Program-made: the position numbers and the translations under genes
Shown: positions 13,755-27,112 of the stretch, one piece after another
Numbering within the stretch: the first letter of the stretch is position 1
Layout of the letters: the number at the start of each line of letters is the position of its first letter
The notes under the pieces: model-generated
What the model was told of the DNA's origin: nothing
Seen by the model: the letters and a program-made list of their open reading frames with translations, nothing else
Databases searched by the model: none
Origin: Rhizophagus irregularis
Lineage: Eukaryota
Assembly (NCBI RefSeq): GCF_026210795.1
Contig: NC_089433.1
Location: 4,836,001-4,900,000, forward strand
Reading direction: 5' to 3'
DNA length: 64,000 bases

Positions 13755-14586
13755 TACCATATTTCTATAAATTACAGCATCAATTTTTTGCATTCCGTCT
13801 TGATAAGTATTGTCACAATATTTTCATAACCTAATCTTTAATAAAGTGACACTATATTTATTTTAAAAAATGTCGAACCTGACGTTTTTCATTAAAAAAA
13901 AAAATAATTAAGTGTATAATAATTTTGATAAACGAAATATAACCGTATAATAGGAAATTTTATTATTTTGAAAGAAAATGTTAGCAATAAATCCACTATT
14001 GAAGCTATTATTAGTAATAATTCACCAATAATGGGGTTAAAAAAAATAGATAATTGCTAGTATATTTATTATTAGTAACTTATTTCTTAATTTTAATAAC
14101 AGTTAATAATATTTTCAAATCTTGTATTTTATTTGTTCAATTACAAACTAATTTTTATATTTATGTAAAAAAAAAAATTACATATACTCTATAATTAGTG
14201 TTGAACAAAATACAATGATATCAACAAAAAAAAATAATAATATCCCAATTATAAAATTGTGTTAATAGTTAATATTGGGCTTAAGTTAGTTGCATCTTAT
14301 CTAATATAAGGAGTTTGGTATCAAATTATAGTTAGAACATGAATTTTCACAATTGTGTTACACCTTTTATGTTTTATATTCATCACTTTTCTTTAGATGA
14401 ACTTTATAAAATGTATTTTATATTTGGTGTAGATGCATGTTCTAATTGACTTATTTTTCATTTTGTTCCCTATAAATTGATTTATAATTTAATAAATTTT
14501 CAATAAAAATAAAACAATAATTTAAATAAATATTTACATACTCCGTAAAATCAGTAATTTCTACTGAACAATTGTTGTAACTATCA

Positions 14587-17517
14587 TCATGTTTTTGGAA
14601 GTTCTTTTGTAAATTGATTGAGTAATCGAGAAGTATAACAAGCTTGTGGATGAATTGATTGACTATTTCCAGTAGATAAAATATTTGTTTTTCTATATTC
14701 TTCTGCTTTTTCAATTTGCTTATTAATTTCTTTATCTTCACAACTAAGTTTAGGGATCAATTTTTCTATTTCAATAGCACTTGGTCTCTTATCTGGATCT
14801 GGATCCCAACAATTTTTCATTAACTCAATATAAAATTTTGGTGCTTCTTGTTCATTTATTTCAGGTCTAATTCCATTACATATATTTAATGCTAAACCAC
14901 TATCATGAGCACGATTGGCAAAAGGTTGTCTTCCAGTTGCAATATAATACATAATCATACCAAAACTATATACATCTGCTGCTTGATTATATGGCTTTCC
15001 TCTTAATACTTCAGGAGCTACAAATGGCATAACTCCATAAATTTTTGTTTTGTCTATATTACTAACTTCTCCACATAATCCCATATCTGAAATATATATA
15101 TCATGTGAAGAATTTCCAGAGTAACCATAATAGGAATTATATCCAATTGATACCAATATATTTCCTGTATGGAAATCACGGTGGGCTAATTTATTTTCAT
15201 GAATGTTTTTAAGACCTTTAACAATCTGACTTAGTACATCCAATTTTTCATTCCAACGGTAACTCCTAATGATATTGTTATTCTCATTATTAAGATTTCC
15301 ACCACTTGCATATTCAAATACAATAATATAGTCATTTGTATCTGGATTTTGGGATATCCCATATATTTTGAGGATTCCATCATTAAAATTAATAGAGTAT
15401 GCATTAACCTATCAAAAAGTAAAAACAATCATTATTCAAAAGTGTTTAATGAAGTCTAAAAAAAATAAAAAAAATAAATTTCATACCTCATTTAAAAATT
15501 CATTAGTAATATTTTGTGAATTATATAAGCATTTTAAAGCAACTTCTTTATTTGGTGTAGTTCTTTTTAATTCCATATCATATTTTAATGGACCATCTTT
15601 CCATATTGCTAAATAGACTGTAGAAAATCCACCTTTACCTATTTCTTTAATATTATTAAACTGGTCATATGGTATCCATTCAACAATTATATCATTATAA
15701 TTGTTAATTTTTAATTGCATATTTTGAACAAAATTATCAATTCTTTCATTTCCACTAGTCCAATATACAAAATTTTGTTTTAACCCATTTATTTGACATG
15801 GTTTACACCATTTATGATAATATATTTCTGTATATTTTTTACCACAGTTTTTGCAATAATAACCATCTTGAAATACAATAACATATTCATTTGTATTTAG
15901 ATTTTGGGATATTCCATATATTTTAGGAATATTATCTACATAAACTATATCATCTACTTTAATGGAATATGCTTTAGCCTGTTAAATGAAAAGGTTGTTA
16001 TAATAAAGTACTTTTAAGGATTAAATTATAAAAATTAGAAATTTCATACCTCATTTAGCAAGTTACTAATAACATTTTGAGAATTATTCAAACATTTTAA
16101 GGTGACTTCTTTATTAGGTTCTCTTTCATATTTTATTTCTTTTTCATCATATTTTAATAAACCATTCTTCCATATTGCTGTAGCAATGCCATCTTTGCCT
16201 ATTTTTACAACATTATTAAATTGGTCATAAGGTATCCATTCAACAATTATATCACTAGTACTTTCAATTTTAAATTGCATTTCTTGAATGAATTCATCAA
16301 TTTTTTCATTTCTACTAGTCCTGTTTGTAAAATTTTGTTTTAAATTATTTATTTGACATGGTTTACACCATTTTCCCCATATTACTGTATATATTTCACC
16401 ACATTCTTTGCAATAACTATTATTAAGTACTATAATATAATCTTTTGTATCTGGATTTTGGGATATTCCATATATTTTAGGAATATCATATTCATAATTT
16501 AATTTAATGGAATATGCTTTAGCCTGTTAAATATAAAAGTTGTTATAAAAAAGTACTTTTAAGGATTAAATTACAAAAATTAGAAGTTTCATACCTTAAT
16601 TAGCAAGTCACTAATTACATTTTGAGAATTATTTAAGCATTTTAAAATGACTTCTTTATTAGGTTCTCTTTCATATTTTATTTCTTTTTCATCATATTTT
16701 AATAAACCATTCTTCCATATTGCTGTAGCAACGCCATCTTTATTTGTTTTTTTAACATTATTGAATTGGTTATAAGGTATCCATTCAACAATTATATTAT
16801 AACTACCTTCAATTTTCAATTGCATTTCTTGAATGAATTCATCAATTTTTTTATTTCCACTAGTCCAGTTTGCAAGATTTAGTTCTAAATTATTTATTTG
16901 ACATGGTTTACACCATTTATAGATTATGTATATTTCACTACATTCTTTGCAAAAACTATTATCAAGTACTATAATATAATCATTTGTATCTGGATTTTGG
17001 GATATTCCATATATTTTAGGAATATTATATTCATCTACTTTAATGGAATATGCTTTAGCCTGTTAATATAAAAATTGTTATAATAAAAGTACTTTAAGAC
17101 TAAATTACAAAAAAAATAGAAGTTTCATACCTCATTTAGCAAGTCGCTAATAACATATTGAGAATTATTCAAGAATTTTAAAGTGACTTCTGTATTAGTT
17201 CTTCTTTCATGTTTCCCTTCTTTTATATTATATTTTAATAAACCATCCTTCCATATTGCTGTAGCAAAACCATCCTTGTTTGTTTTTTTAACATTATTGA
17301 ATTGGTTGTAAGGTATCCATTCAACAATTATATCACCAGTACTTTCAATTTTAGATTGCATCTTTTGAATAAAATTATCAATCTTTTCATTTCCACTAGT
17401 CCAGTTCGTGAAATTTTTTTCTAAGTTATTTATTACACATGGTCTACACCATTTTTCATCAACAGTTATATATATTTTACCACAGCTTTCACATATAATA
17501 TCATTTTGAGATGACAT
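14587..17517 (-). CDS. Tyrosine-kinase-like kinase with four tandem [CxxC-WCxxC + kinase N-lobe] modules; exons 17517-17131, 17059-16595, 16523-16050, 15978-15487, 15408-14587 (~879 aa)
   Basis: Four phase-0 GTATG..AG introns at the same protein position (LNE|AKAYS), and all exon lengths are multiples of 3. The final module has GKGGFSTV and VALK, followed by HRDFHTGN, DMG, APE and HPQACYTSR. Confidence 0.9.
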
Positions 17518-20500
17518 GATTTAGGATTTTTTTTTTTAAAAAAATAATCGGCGTTAATTAAAGTACACAAATATGCGATGATTGTTACAAAATTTAAATC
17601 GAATTGAAAATCATGTGATAATAATCACGCCATTTTTCTTTAAGTGTAACATAACACCTGATACTCAATAAATTTGTCATACAGTACAATGCAGATCAAA
17701 ATAAAATCATTTGGCTCACTTGATGGCCAACATTACGTTAATTTTGCCAAATGATCGACATTCCGAAAGTGAGTCAAATCCGCATATAAATGACACAAAA
17801 CTTTCTTAATAAATAGTAGATTTTAGGTTACACTTTTACAATTATATTAATAGAAAAATACCTATATATATATTGTTCGGGGTCCTACGTTAATTTCGCA
17901 AGAAGCAGAAATCGTTAAAGACGTTTAATTTCATTATAAAACGGTTAAAAAAAAAATAGTAGTTAAAAAAAATAGTAGTTTAAAAATACGCTAATACTTA
18001 TTTAGATTTAAAAAATTTTACAAGGGGGGGTGGGAAATAAGAATTATATAATAATATACTTATCTAAATTCTAAATGGTGAGATTTTTGGATATTCTTCA
18101 TCAAAAATTCCTTATCAATTATACATTTTTATTTCGTTATTTAGAACAGGTTGTGAATATATCGAGGATAAATAAAAAGGATATTACTAAAGCTTACAAA
18201 TTAATAATTGAAAATTTTATTGTAAGTTTAATAGATATCTTAAAAAATTAAGTGTAATTTGTAGAAGTTGGCGATATATTTTTCATAAAAGTTACTAGCA
18301 CTTAATTTGCGAAATACTAATATATTTTCAGTTCAGTTCTTACTTTACGATTATTACAACTGGGAAACTTTAGCAATGACCACATTAAGGGTAAAAAAAT
18401 TTGGTGAAACTTTCAATTATCATACCAAATAAATAATCAATTTGAAAAGCGAACATATAATAAATTGCGAATATACTGTAATAATACTTATTGCTCATTG
18501 CTTAATTTTCTCTTCATGTAATTAGTGTACAGTGGGTGTGCGCACACCACCATAGGTTGTTTGCTGTGCATACTAATATAATATTGTTTAACATGTTGCA
18601 CAAAAAAAAACATAAAAATGAATATAAAATAAAAATTTGGCAAAATTTTAAAGTATACAATACATTAAATAAAAAGGGAATAAAGGATAACATTATTTGT
18701 ATTGAAATTATTTAGTACTTCACAGGTCATCCTCGGTAAATCTCTTTTTCACAACATCCGAGAATAGAAAATATTAAACAGGAATGACCATGATGAGCAT
18801 TATCGTTATTGATAAAACAAACTTGAAACTTTCATATGTAACTTGAATAAAATTCTAAAATTGAGTTTTTAAAATTTGCTGTGCCACTTTCGAAAAAAAA
18901 GAATGACAACTAAACTAATAAGTTAATTTATGATTAATTTTTGATTCTATTTCTATTTTAATAATTTTATTTACTATGCATTTTAATTGTTGCTTATAAA
19001 TAGCATTTTTAAATAAAACCCAGTTTAAAACTAATTAAATAAAATAACTCGTTGATTATACCCAACAGATTATTACATCAAGCTCATTTGAGAAGCTTGT
19101 TTTAAGCTTAAGATGTATTGAACAAACTCAAGCCAATTACTTTGAGAAATTTAACATTACCGTATATTATATATATGGAAATTTCTCATTTATAATTATT
19201 TACAATTTTTAATTGTTAAAATTAGCTTTTGCTACTGTAATAACATGAATTACCCGGATAATCAATTTAATAAAATACTCTATAAATTTTTTCAGAAATA
19301 GTCTCATATGGAAACCGGGTTCAAATGATCGACAAATCAAATCACAATGGAATAACTTTCTTAGAATATACTAGTAATTATAATTTTTCCAACATTGATA
19401 ATATCATCATTGTACAGTATGTATTGTCTGAAAAATAATAATAATTGCAGGTACTGTCAATTTTTACTTTATCAAATTTTCATTTTGCATAGTTTGGCCC
19501 ATTTTCTGTATTTAAATTGTTTCTATACAAATTTACAAATTCCAATTTTCAATTTTTTATAGGCAACTTGATAGAAATATTAGTTTGAATACTTGCTTGA
19601 TATTTATTGTTATTATGTTATTATGCAGCCAAATAGGACCACGTCGTTTTTAACATACTGATATTTTTTAGATAAATTATTAATGCATAAAATATCTTTG
19701 ATATTTTTGACGCATTGCGTCATTTAGATTAATATCACTCGTTAATTTTTAAAGGTAAAATACCTATTGTTTACTATTCTTGCACAATAACACAGTTATT
19801 GAAGCTATAAATAAACTAGATTCTCTCACAGAAGGCAGTATAACTGCCGAGTATTCAGAGGAACTGAGATTATCCCATAACTTTCCGAGTTGTGGCTCAT
19901 GCTTGGTTGTCAAGAATTATACTATAGGCGCATATATAGCACTGCAAGTTATTCTTTTAATATCTTGCAGATTCATAATTATATTTATTACTTGTATTGA
20001 TAGGATTTTGATTTTATTCTTATCGAATTCTAGCAAAAGGATTACTTGACCTTATAACGTAAACCACTGCAGGGTTGGCCAAAACTGCGGTTATTCCATT
20101 GAGCACCTGTTTAACTTGCGTATATAGAAGATAATGTACTTGTTTAACATTTTGAGGACTGCAGTTATCTCATAGCTAAAAGGCTGTAGTTCATGATAAG
20201 TTGTCAAGAGTGTACATTATGCGCTCAATCACTTACCGACTTGACTTTTTTTATGTCAAGAATGCATTTGTTAGAAGAATGGGCCACAGAAAAAAATATA
20301 TATAATTCATATTTATGCGTATAAAACTTTATTGATTTTTGATGCTATCAATGAGGGAGGGAGTACGCTTATCCTAGACCAGTTAATGCGAGTCCCAGCA
20401 TCAAGTTATTTCTTTGCTCTCACATTTCGGGGAATATTGTATCTATAACTAACAAAATTATTTCTCTATCTATACGTCTATCTACTTTCCTATCATAACT

Positions 20501-21379
20501 AATTTTGTTTCTACCCATATACACCATACAGGAAATTTCATTTTAACCAAGTTCCACAAGAGAATCGACCCTAAATCATAAATTCGGGTGATTAGCAACT
20601 GAAGTAAACGAAATAACAATGCAATCTTTCCTTTTCGATTCACACTTATCGCTACGATTCATTTTCACAACATTCCATGCCGCCTCAAATTCAAATAATT
20701 TGTTTCTCTTGACTTTAGTCAATTTTTTTATCGCTAGAACGATACTGCGCCAAATTCCCCGGCTGAAATTACAGTCATGAGATTTTTTTCTTCGTAGTAG
20801 TATTTCATTGCGCCAATGAGACATCATCATCCAGATTTTCTCTGCGAATATCAAATATGCAGGAAGGATCAAGAAAAGTAATATATCCTTAAAATCTACA
20901 TTATAAATTCGAAAAAAATGATTAATATCGTGATGATGTGAATCTAGAATCAAGCCGAGAAATCAAACCAACATTATACGAGTTCGTTTGATTGTTGATA
21001 TTGATGATGGTAAGTTTGATCTGTTTGAACTTTTCGCCTGATTTTGTTTTATTTGCATAAGGCGGATAAAAGGATTTACTGACAGTGACATCACCTTTTA
21101 TATAATTCGCATGGTCGACTTTGGAATACGCTTTTGGGGAAATTATGTTAATATAATCACATCAACGAAAATTTGATCAACAGAACCGCTTAAATTAATA
21201 AAAAAAAGCTTATTATCAAGGCCCTTTTTAATAATAATATACGTACTTATTCCCGTAATACGTGTGACGAACTGACGATTCACGTCTATACTAAATTTTT
21301 CTAATGTTACCGCGCATTTATTATTAAGTTCTGGATCAATGATCTCTCGTTACACGCTCGCTTCACATCATAACCCACT

Positions 21380-23130
21380 CCATTATATGTCTGAATTTGG
21401 CAAATTAATCGTGCCTACTTTATTGTAAATAAAAAAAATATTATTGTATGCGAAAATCTTACGTTGCACGAATATCTTCTGCTAAATCCAATGCTATGAT
21501 CGCGAACTTGAATTTATTGCTTGAATTGCTGTAGGCAAGACAATATTCTGTTCCATTTCTATACCATTCGTCATGTAACCCATAATTCCCAGGCTGAGAA
21601 AATGCAAAATTATAATCATCAAACCTGATTCAGAATTAATTATCAAATCCGTGTTAGTGCATTTCACAACCGAAAAGCTTTGGAGGGATTGGTTTTCGTA
21701 AGTGATACTGTAGGCTTGAAATCAGTTTTGCTGATTCAGGGGTTATATCATATCTTCAAGAACTTACGAGTTTAGGAAAAACTTAATAATCGGTACTACA
21801 TGAAAATAAATTTGTTATTGAAGAGGAAATTATTAAGTTATTAATAAATACGTCTAATAGGACCCAAAATATATATGTAGGGGTAAGGCGTCGCCATCAT
21901 AGAAATTTTACGGGGTTAAGTATTGATTTGCGTACAATCTGAGTTTTTTAGATTATTAAAATGCGTATTTAACAGGTTTTTTTAAACATGGGGTTTATTT
22001 AGCTAATCATATATACATATATAAGATAAATAATTAAAAGTAAATATAAAAATATGCAACATTTGTAACATGCTACGCAAAAATCAAGTAATATTGTCTA
22101 TCATATTAGCCCAACTAATGTGAAATGAAAAGTAATATTATTATGATTACTTTGGTCGGAAAGATGTAATTGAAAAAAATATGATAATATTTTTATAATT
22201 GTGTAACATATTTATTGGATATATTATTATATATTCATTGTAAAAAATATTTTAATATATATAAAATTTTTACATCAAATGGGCAAATCATATGATGAGG
22301 TTAGAAAAAGAATTAATTTGCGTATTTTTTCTGATTTTCTGAAGTAAGGAGGCAATTTTGCGTACTAAACTTATAGAAATCCCCGCGTACAGCTATTAAT
22401 AAAAAATTTGAAAGTCACCTTACCTCTTTATATATTTCGGGGTCTTCATCTAATACCAACATTGTTCCATTAATTCTTTATATTTTGAAGGAGTTCCTGA
22501 ATCCTGATATAACCCTTGGTCTCATACCATTAAAAGAATATTATAAATACTGATTATTGATATGATTGATTAATTAATTACAATATTTGTCTAGATGAAT
22601 ATGCTCTACGATGGAAAAATAATTTAATTTATGGTAACAATAGAAATTGGGTTAAAAATTGTACTTAATTAAACATAAAGCAGACATGATAAATTCATCA
22701 CGATTAAATGTATTTTACAACAATGTTTACGATTTATATCCAATCATTACAAATATAGAACAATGAGTGAAGATACATTAGAACAAGCTTTCAAAATTAA
22801 AAATTTCATTAAAGAGTTCCCAACATATGGAACATTATATAATCACAATGTAAAGGAAACATGTTTGGACTTGCGAAAGAAATGAATTCACGAAAATTGA
22901 TGTGATACCAAAGACGATGATAGAGTTAGAAGAAAGATACAAATATGGCTGATCAAATAAATATAGGGCTATATTATCAATTAATGTCTCTTTCTTGTGT
23001 ATGATGCGAGAGCCATCTAAAGTGATTATAATTAATAAGGACAAAGGAGTGAGATTGTATAGCAAAAACAAAAGATGAACGTTCAGTGTTACGTGAATTA
23101 TGGGAAAAATTATAATTTAACAACTTTTGA
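21380..23130 (+). mobile_element. Degenerate 3' part of a non-LTR retrotransposon ORF, interrupted by a MITE
   Basis: Fragments EQAFKIKNFIKEFPTYGTLYNHNV and KHVWTCERNE resemble the C-terminal Cys/His region of LINE-type ORFs recalled from Glomeromycotina. Many stops. Boundaries approximate. Confidence 0.5.
21859..22446. mobile_element. Non-autonomous TIR DNA transposon (MITE), 588 bp, 8-bp TSD
   Basis: Left end AGGACCCAAAATATATATGTAGGGGTAAGGCG; reverse complement of right end AAGACCCCGAAATATATAAAGAGGTAAGGTG. Flanks CGTCTAAT (21851-21858) and CATCTAAT (22447-22454). Confidence 0.8.
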
Positions 23131-23974
23131 TTTAATTCTATGTACAGTATTTTTAATAAAATATAAATAAAGAAATGCGTGTTACTAACAGAAAAAAAAA
23201 AGATATTTAGGAGTTAGTGTTTTTCGGACTTTGTGCTGTGCTGTATAATGCATATTCATGTTGCCGTTTTATATGATTGCAAATTAAGTAATAGTTATAT
23301 ACGGTACATCTTGTGAATCTTACAATGTAAAATTTCCATGTATACTTTTTTCTTAGTCGATCACTCATGCCGTTGTACTGTTTTCTCCGAGCTAAAAAAT
23401 TATGAACTCGGTTAAAAGATCGCAGTTTGAAGCGTTAACGAAGAAATTATTTTGGCATTTGCAAGGAAGCGACTTCAAAGCTTGTAAAATATTCGTTTCG
23501 TATAGATTTCTGAGGACATTAATCATCACGGAATGCAACAACATAAATGTTTGGCGAGACTTTACTAAGATTAATGCTGTGAACTAATTATTTTCGGACA
23601 CTTAAACTGGATCATGAAGTGAGATAATGCGTAATAGTGTAAGCAAACGAATGGTATGGTCTACAGAAATTAGTATAAAACCGTTTTAAAACATATATCA
23701 AAGCTTAATCATATTTTTATTCTGTATCAATAATGCCTGTTTATGTATATTTTGGAATTTTGTTCGTGCGCTTTGAACCTGAACCTGACCATTGGTTAAT
23801 GGTTAGATGTCTATAAAAGTTTAGGATATCAGTCATGTGTAAAGATCTGTAGTACAACGTTTTATTAACGTCACATGATTTTATAATTATCCGTCGTTTT
23901 GTTATTTCGTTTCTTGTTTGGCAATAGTTTTCTTTTGAACAACCGATAATTTTAATAGTTATTTCGCACTTTTA

Positions 23975-25545
23975 ATGATGGAAGAATTTTTTACAAAATT
24001 GATACAATTTGGGGCTCAAATCGAAGAATCATGTCGCGAGTTGAGGTTTGTAACTATTTTGTTACATTACATTACATTAATACCTAATATCTTAAGAAGA
24101 AAAAACAATTCTTTTTTTAAATAAATAATTAAAGGACTACAATTGAAAGTCCCGCATTACCAATATCCTTAGGGCATCAGGAAAATTATTTTCGTGATAT
24201 GCTGGTACAAAGTAAAGCAATGATGAATGAAATAAATTCATTAGAGAAAACTCCAAACACTAAGCATCATATGAACGATCTCATTTTAGCTACTAATAAT
24301 GTCTATGAAAAGGTATTTAAAACTTGGTTTAATATTTTTTACAAAATATTCTTATAAAGTTTTAAAATTTTATCCGATGTCATTTAATGATAGATGCAGC
24401 ATGATATATATTTAATGGAAGAACAATTACGCGAATTCGGTTTGGAAGGTAAGTTTACGCGTATTTTCGCGTTTTCTTAATCAAATTTTATTTAATTACA
24501 AGAGAAATATTAACAATCCTCTTATTATAGGAACTTTCGTTCCAAAATCAACTATTGATGATGAAAAGACGAGGGAGCCTACGGAGGAAATTGAATCAAA
24601 ATCTACATCAACCAAGGAACCTTCAAAGTTTCATCCTGAATCTGAAAGACGATTCACACCGCCTGTTATCAAAACGTTCAAAAGGCTTTCCACTCAAACA
24701 CAAGAAAGTCCAACGCTTGAAAGTTTTGGTTTATCAGATCACGCGTTAGCATTACTTAAAGCTGGTTAATATCGATTTTTTTAAAAAAAAGCCTATTATT
24801 AAATGTATACTTATATAAATATTTCATTTTTTTAGGCACACCCGAATTAATAAAAGATTATGGAATTAAGCTAAATTCAGATAACTCTAAATCTCAACAA
24901 TTTACTAATAACGTTGCGTCAAATGATTTAACACCAATATCTTTATTTGAACGAATGTCTCCTAGATCAAGTTTTCCTTCTTTATCTTCTAACGAACTTC
25001 CGGAATGTACACAAATTGGACCAATTACAAAAAAAGAGTTTGAAACACTTGGTCGTGATATTCATAGACAAATTTCTATGGAGGCAAGTTATTCTGCGAT
25101 AATTTCGACTAATATAAAAATTGATCATAATTTTATTTATTTATAATAGTTCTTAAATCAAGTGATATATGATATTAATGAGATGGTCGGAGGTAAGCTA
25201 AATAATTCCTTTGTTATTATTCTTATATTAATTAGATATTAATAAAATATTAATAGGAAATATTCGTGATTATTTAAGATAAACACGACTTGCCGGATTT
25301 TCCGAAACAGGCTTGGAATGAATTCACATATGATGAACTCTTGAATGAGATCGGAGTTGGTTTGTATAGTTCTTGGTAATTGTAAATTTCATATATAATC
25401 AAAATTAATATTTTTTTTTTTCATATATATAAAAGGAGGAACAGCCACAATTGACATTGTCTTACTAGCTTTGATAACTCTAGATAGAATTGTATCAAGA
25501 TGTAGCGATCCTGATCCAATGAAAAAACGATATCGGATTTTATAG
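23975..25545 (+). CDS. SKA3: Spindle and kinetochore-associated protein Ska3-like; 8 exons (23975-24045, 24135-24312, 24394-24448, 24531-24764, 24836-25083, 25150-25192, ~25279-25359, ~25436-25545)
   Basis: Spliced translation MMEEFFTKLIQFGAQIEESCRELRTTIE..NDLILATNNVYEKMQHDIYLMEEQLREFG..ESPTLESFGLS matches the recalled Ska3 N-terminal coiled coil and SPxLxxFGL motif. C-terminus ITKKEFETL..ISMEFLNQVIYDINE..FTYDEL..LLALITLDRI..RYRIL resembles a Ska1-type winged helix. Confidence 0.75.
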
Positions 25546-25681
25546 TTCATTTTCAGTAAAATATAGCTTTAATATAAATTTTCCCAAATGGTTACATTTT
25601 TTTACTTTAAATAAATATTATTTTCAAATATAATCTTAAGTTATCGACCTTTGAATCTCAAATGACTCTCAAAAATAAAAA

Positions 25682-27112
25682 TCATAGGGACATTGAAGAT
25701 CCTAAAGACGAAATTGGCCATTTTGGCATGTGATCAATAGTATATTCATCGACTAATCCTATGCGAAAACGTTCCACTCCAGCCCATGCAATCATAACAC
25801 CATTATCAGTACATAAATGTGGTGGAGGACATATTAATGGAACGTTATACTGCTCAACCGCCAACGATTCCAAACTAAAAAAAGCTGAGTAAATTACCAA
25901 GTATTGTAATGTTCAAAAAAAAAAAAAAATTTACCTAAAACGAATGCTTTTATTACTTGCTACACCACCACTTGCGACCAAAGCTGTTAATGGGATAGCC
26001 TTTTCTTTACACCATTTAAAAGCTAATTCTAATTTATCTGTCAAATGGGCTATAGCCGCTTTCTGAAAAGTTGAAGCTAAATCTCTCTTAATATTTTCAT
26101 CATCTATATCCAAGTTATGCTTTGTAATTAAAGCATTCACTGATGTTTTCAGCCCACTAAAACTCAAATCCATTGCCTCTTTTCTACGTTTATCTTTTGT
26201 CATCGGTATTGGAACCGAGAATTTCTTAGAATCTCCTTTTTCAGCAAACTGTTCTAATGCTGCACCAGGGCCACCTCCGCGACCTTTCAACCAAGGTATT
26301 TTAAGTAATCGAGCGATTTTGTCATAAGCCTCTCCAACTGAATCATCCACAGTTGTTCCAAGATGGATATAATGATTAACACCACGTGCTACCAATATAA
26401 GAGTGTGTCCACCAGAAATTAATAATGTCAAAAAAGGAAAAGGTAGCAAATTTGGAGTTGGATGAGTAAGACGTGCCGTAAGCGCATGAGCTTCCTATAA
26501 CATACGATATATGATATAACATTACACCTGAAAGAAAATGAATTGTTTAAGCTCTTGGATTTTTTTAGTTATTCATCGTTAATACATGCCATATGATGAA
26601 CGCCTATTAATGGTTTACTATAAAAGACAAACTATGAGAAAATTTGTTCACTCTATATTTTTTACGCAATGAAATAGTTTTTACATTTACCAAAGTGCTG
26701 CAGCCAAAGCTTTTCCCGCGCTCAATCCATTGCCAAGACAGGCAGGAAGTCCAGGACCTCTCGTAACTGCAATTACATCGATATCTTTAGCGATATCCAT
26801 GTTTGCTTTATCCAAAGCTTCTCGTATTACAAGTGGTAAATATTGCTGATGACTTGACATTGCCAAGTTTGGAACGATTCCTCCATATGGTTCGTGTAGT
26901 TGTTGTTGAAGGTGAATCGCTTCACTTATAATCTGTCGATCTGAATTTACAATTGCAACTCCTGTATCATCGCAAGAAGTTTCAATACCGAGAACTGTAA
27001 AAGGTGTTCTTATATTCGGATTAAAAGTAGAATAATTTTTGGATAAGAAAGCTCTATTTGAATTACAAAAATTATACCGTACAAATTTTAAATATTGTGT
27101 AGATATGAGCAT
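25682..27112 (-). CDS. QRI7: Mitochondrial tRNA N6-adenosine threonylcarbamoyltransferase (Qri7/OSGEPL1); exons 27112-26691, 26617-26590, 26494-25935, 25874-25682
   Basis: [70 protein letters not shown]-terminus looks like a mitochondrial presequence. Confidence 0.95.

Noticed and set aside
19780..21120. ORFs 19780-20049 (+) and 20576-20953 (-) as genes
   Set aside because: Non-ATG starts, nearby in-frame stops and no motifs. Probably gene relics, but no family can be supported.
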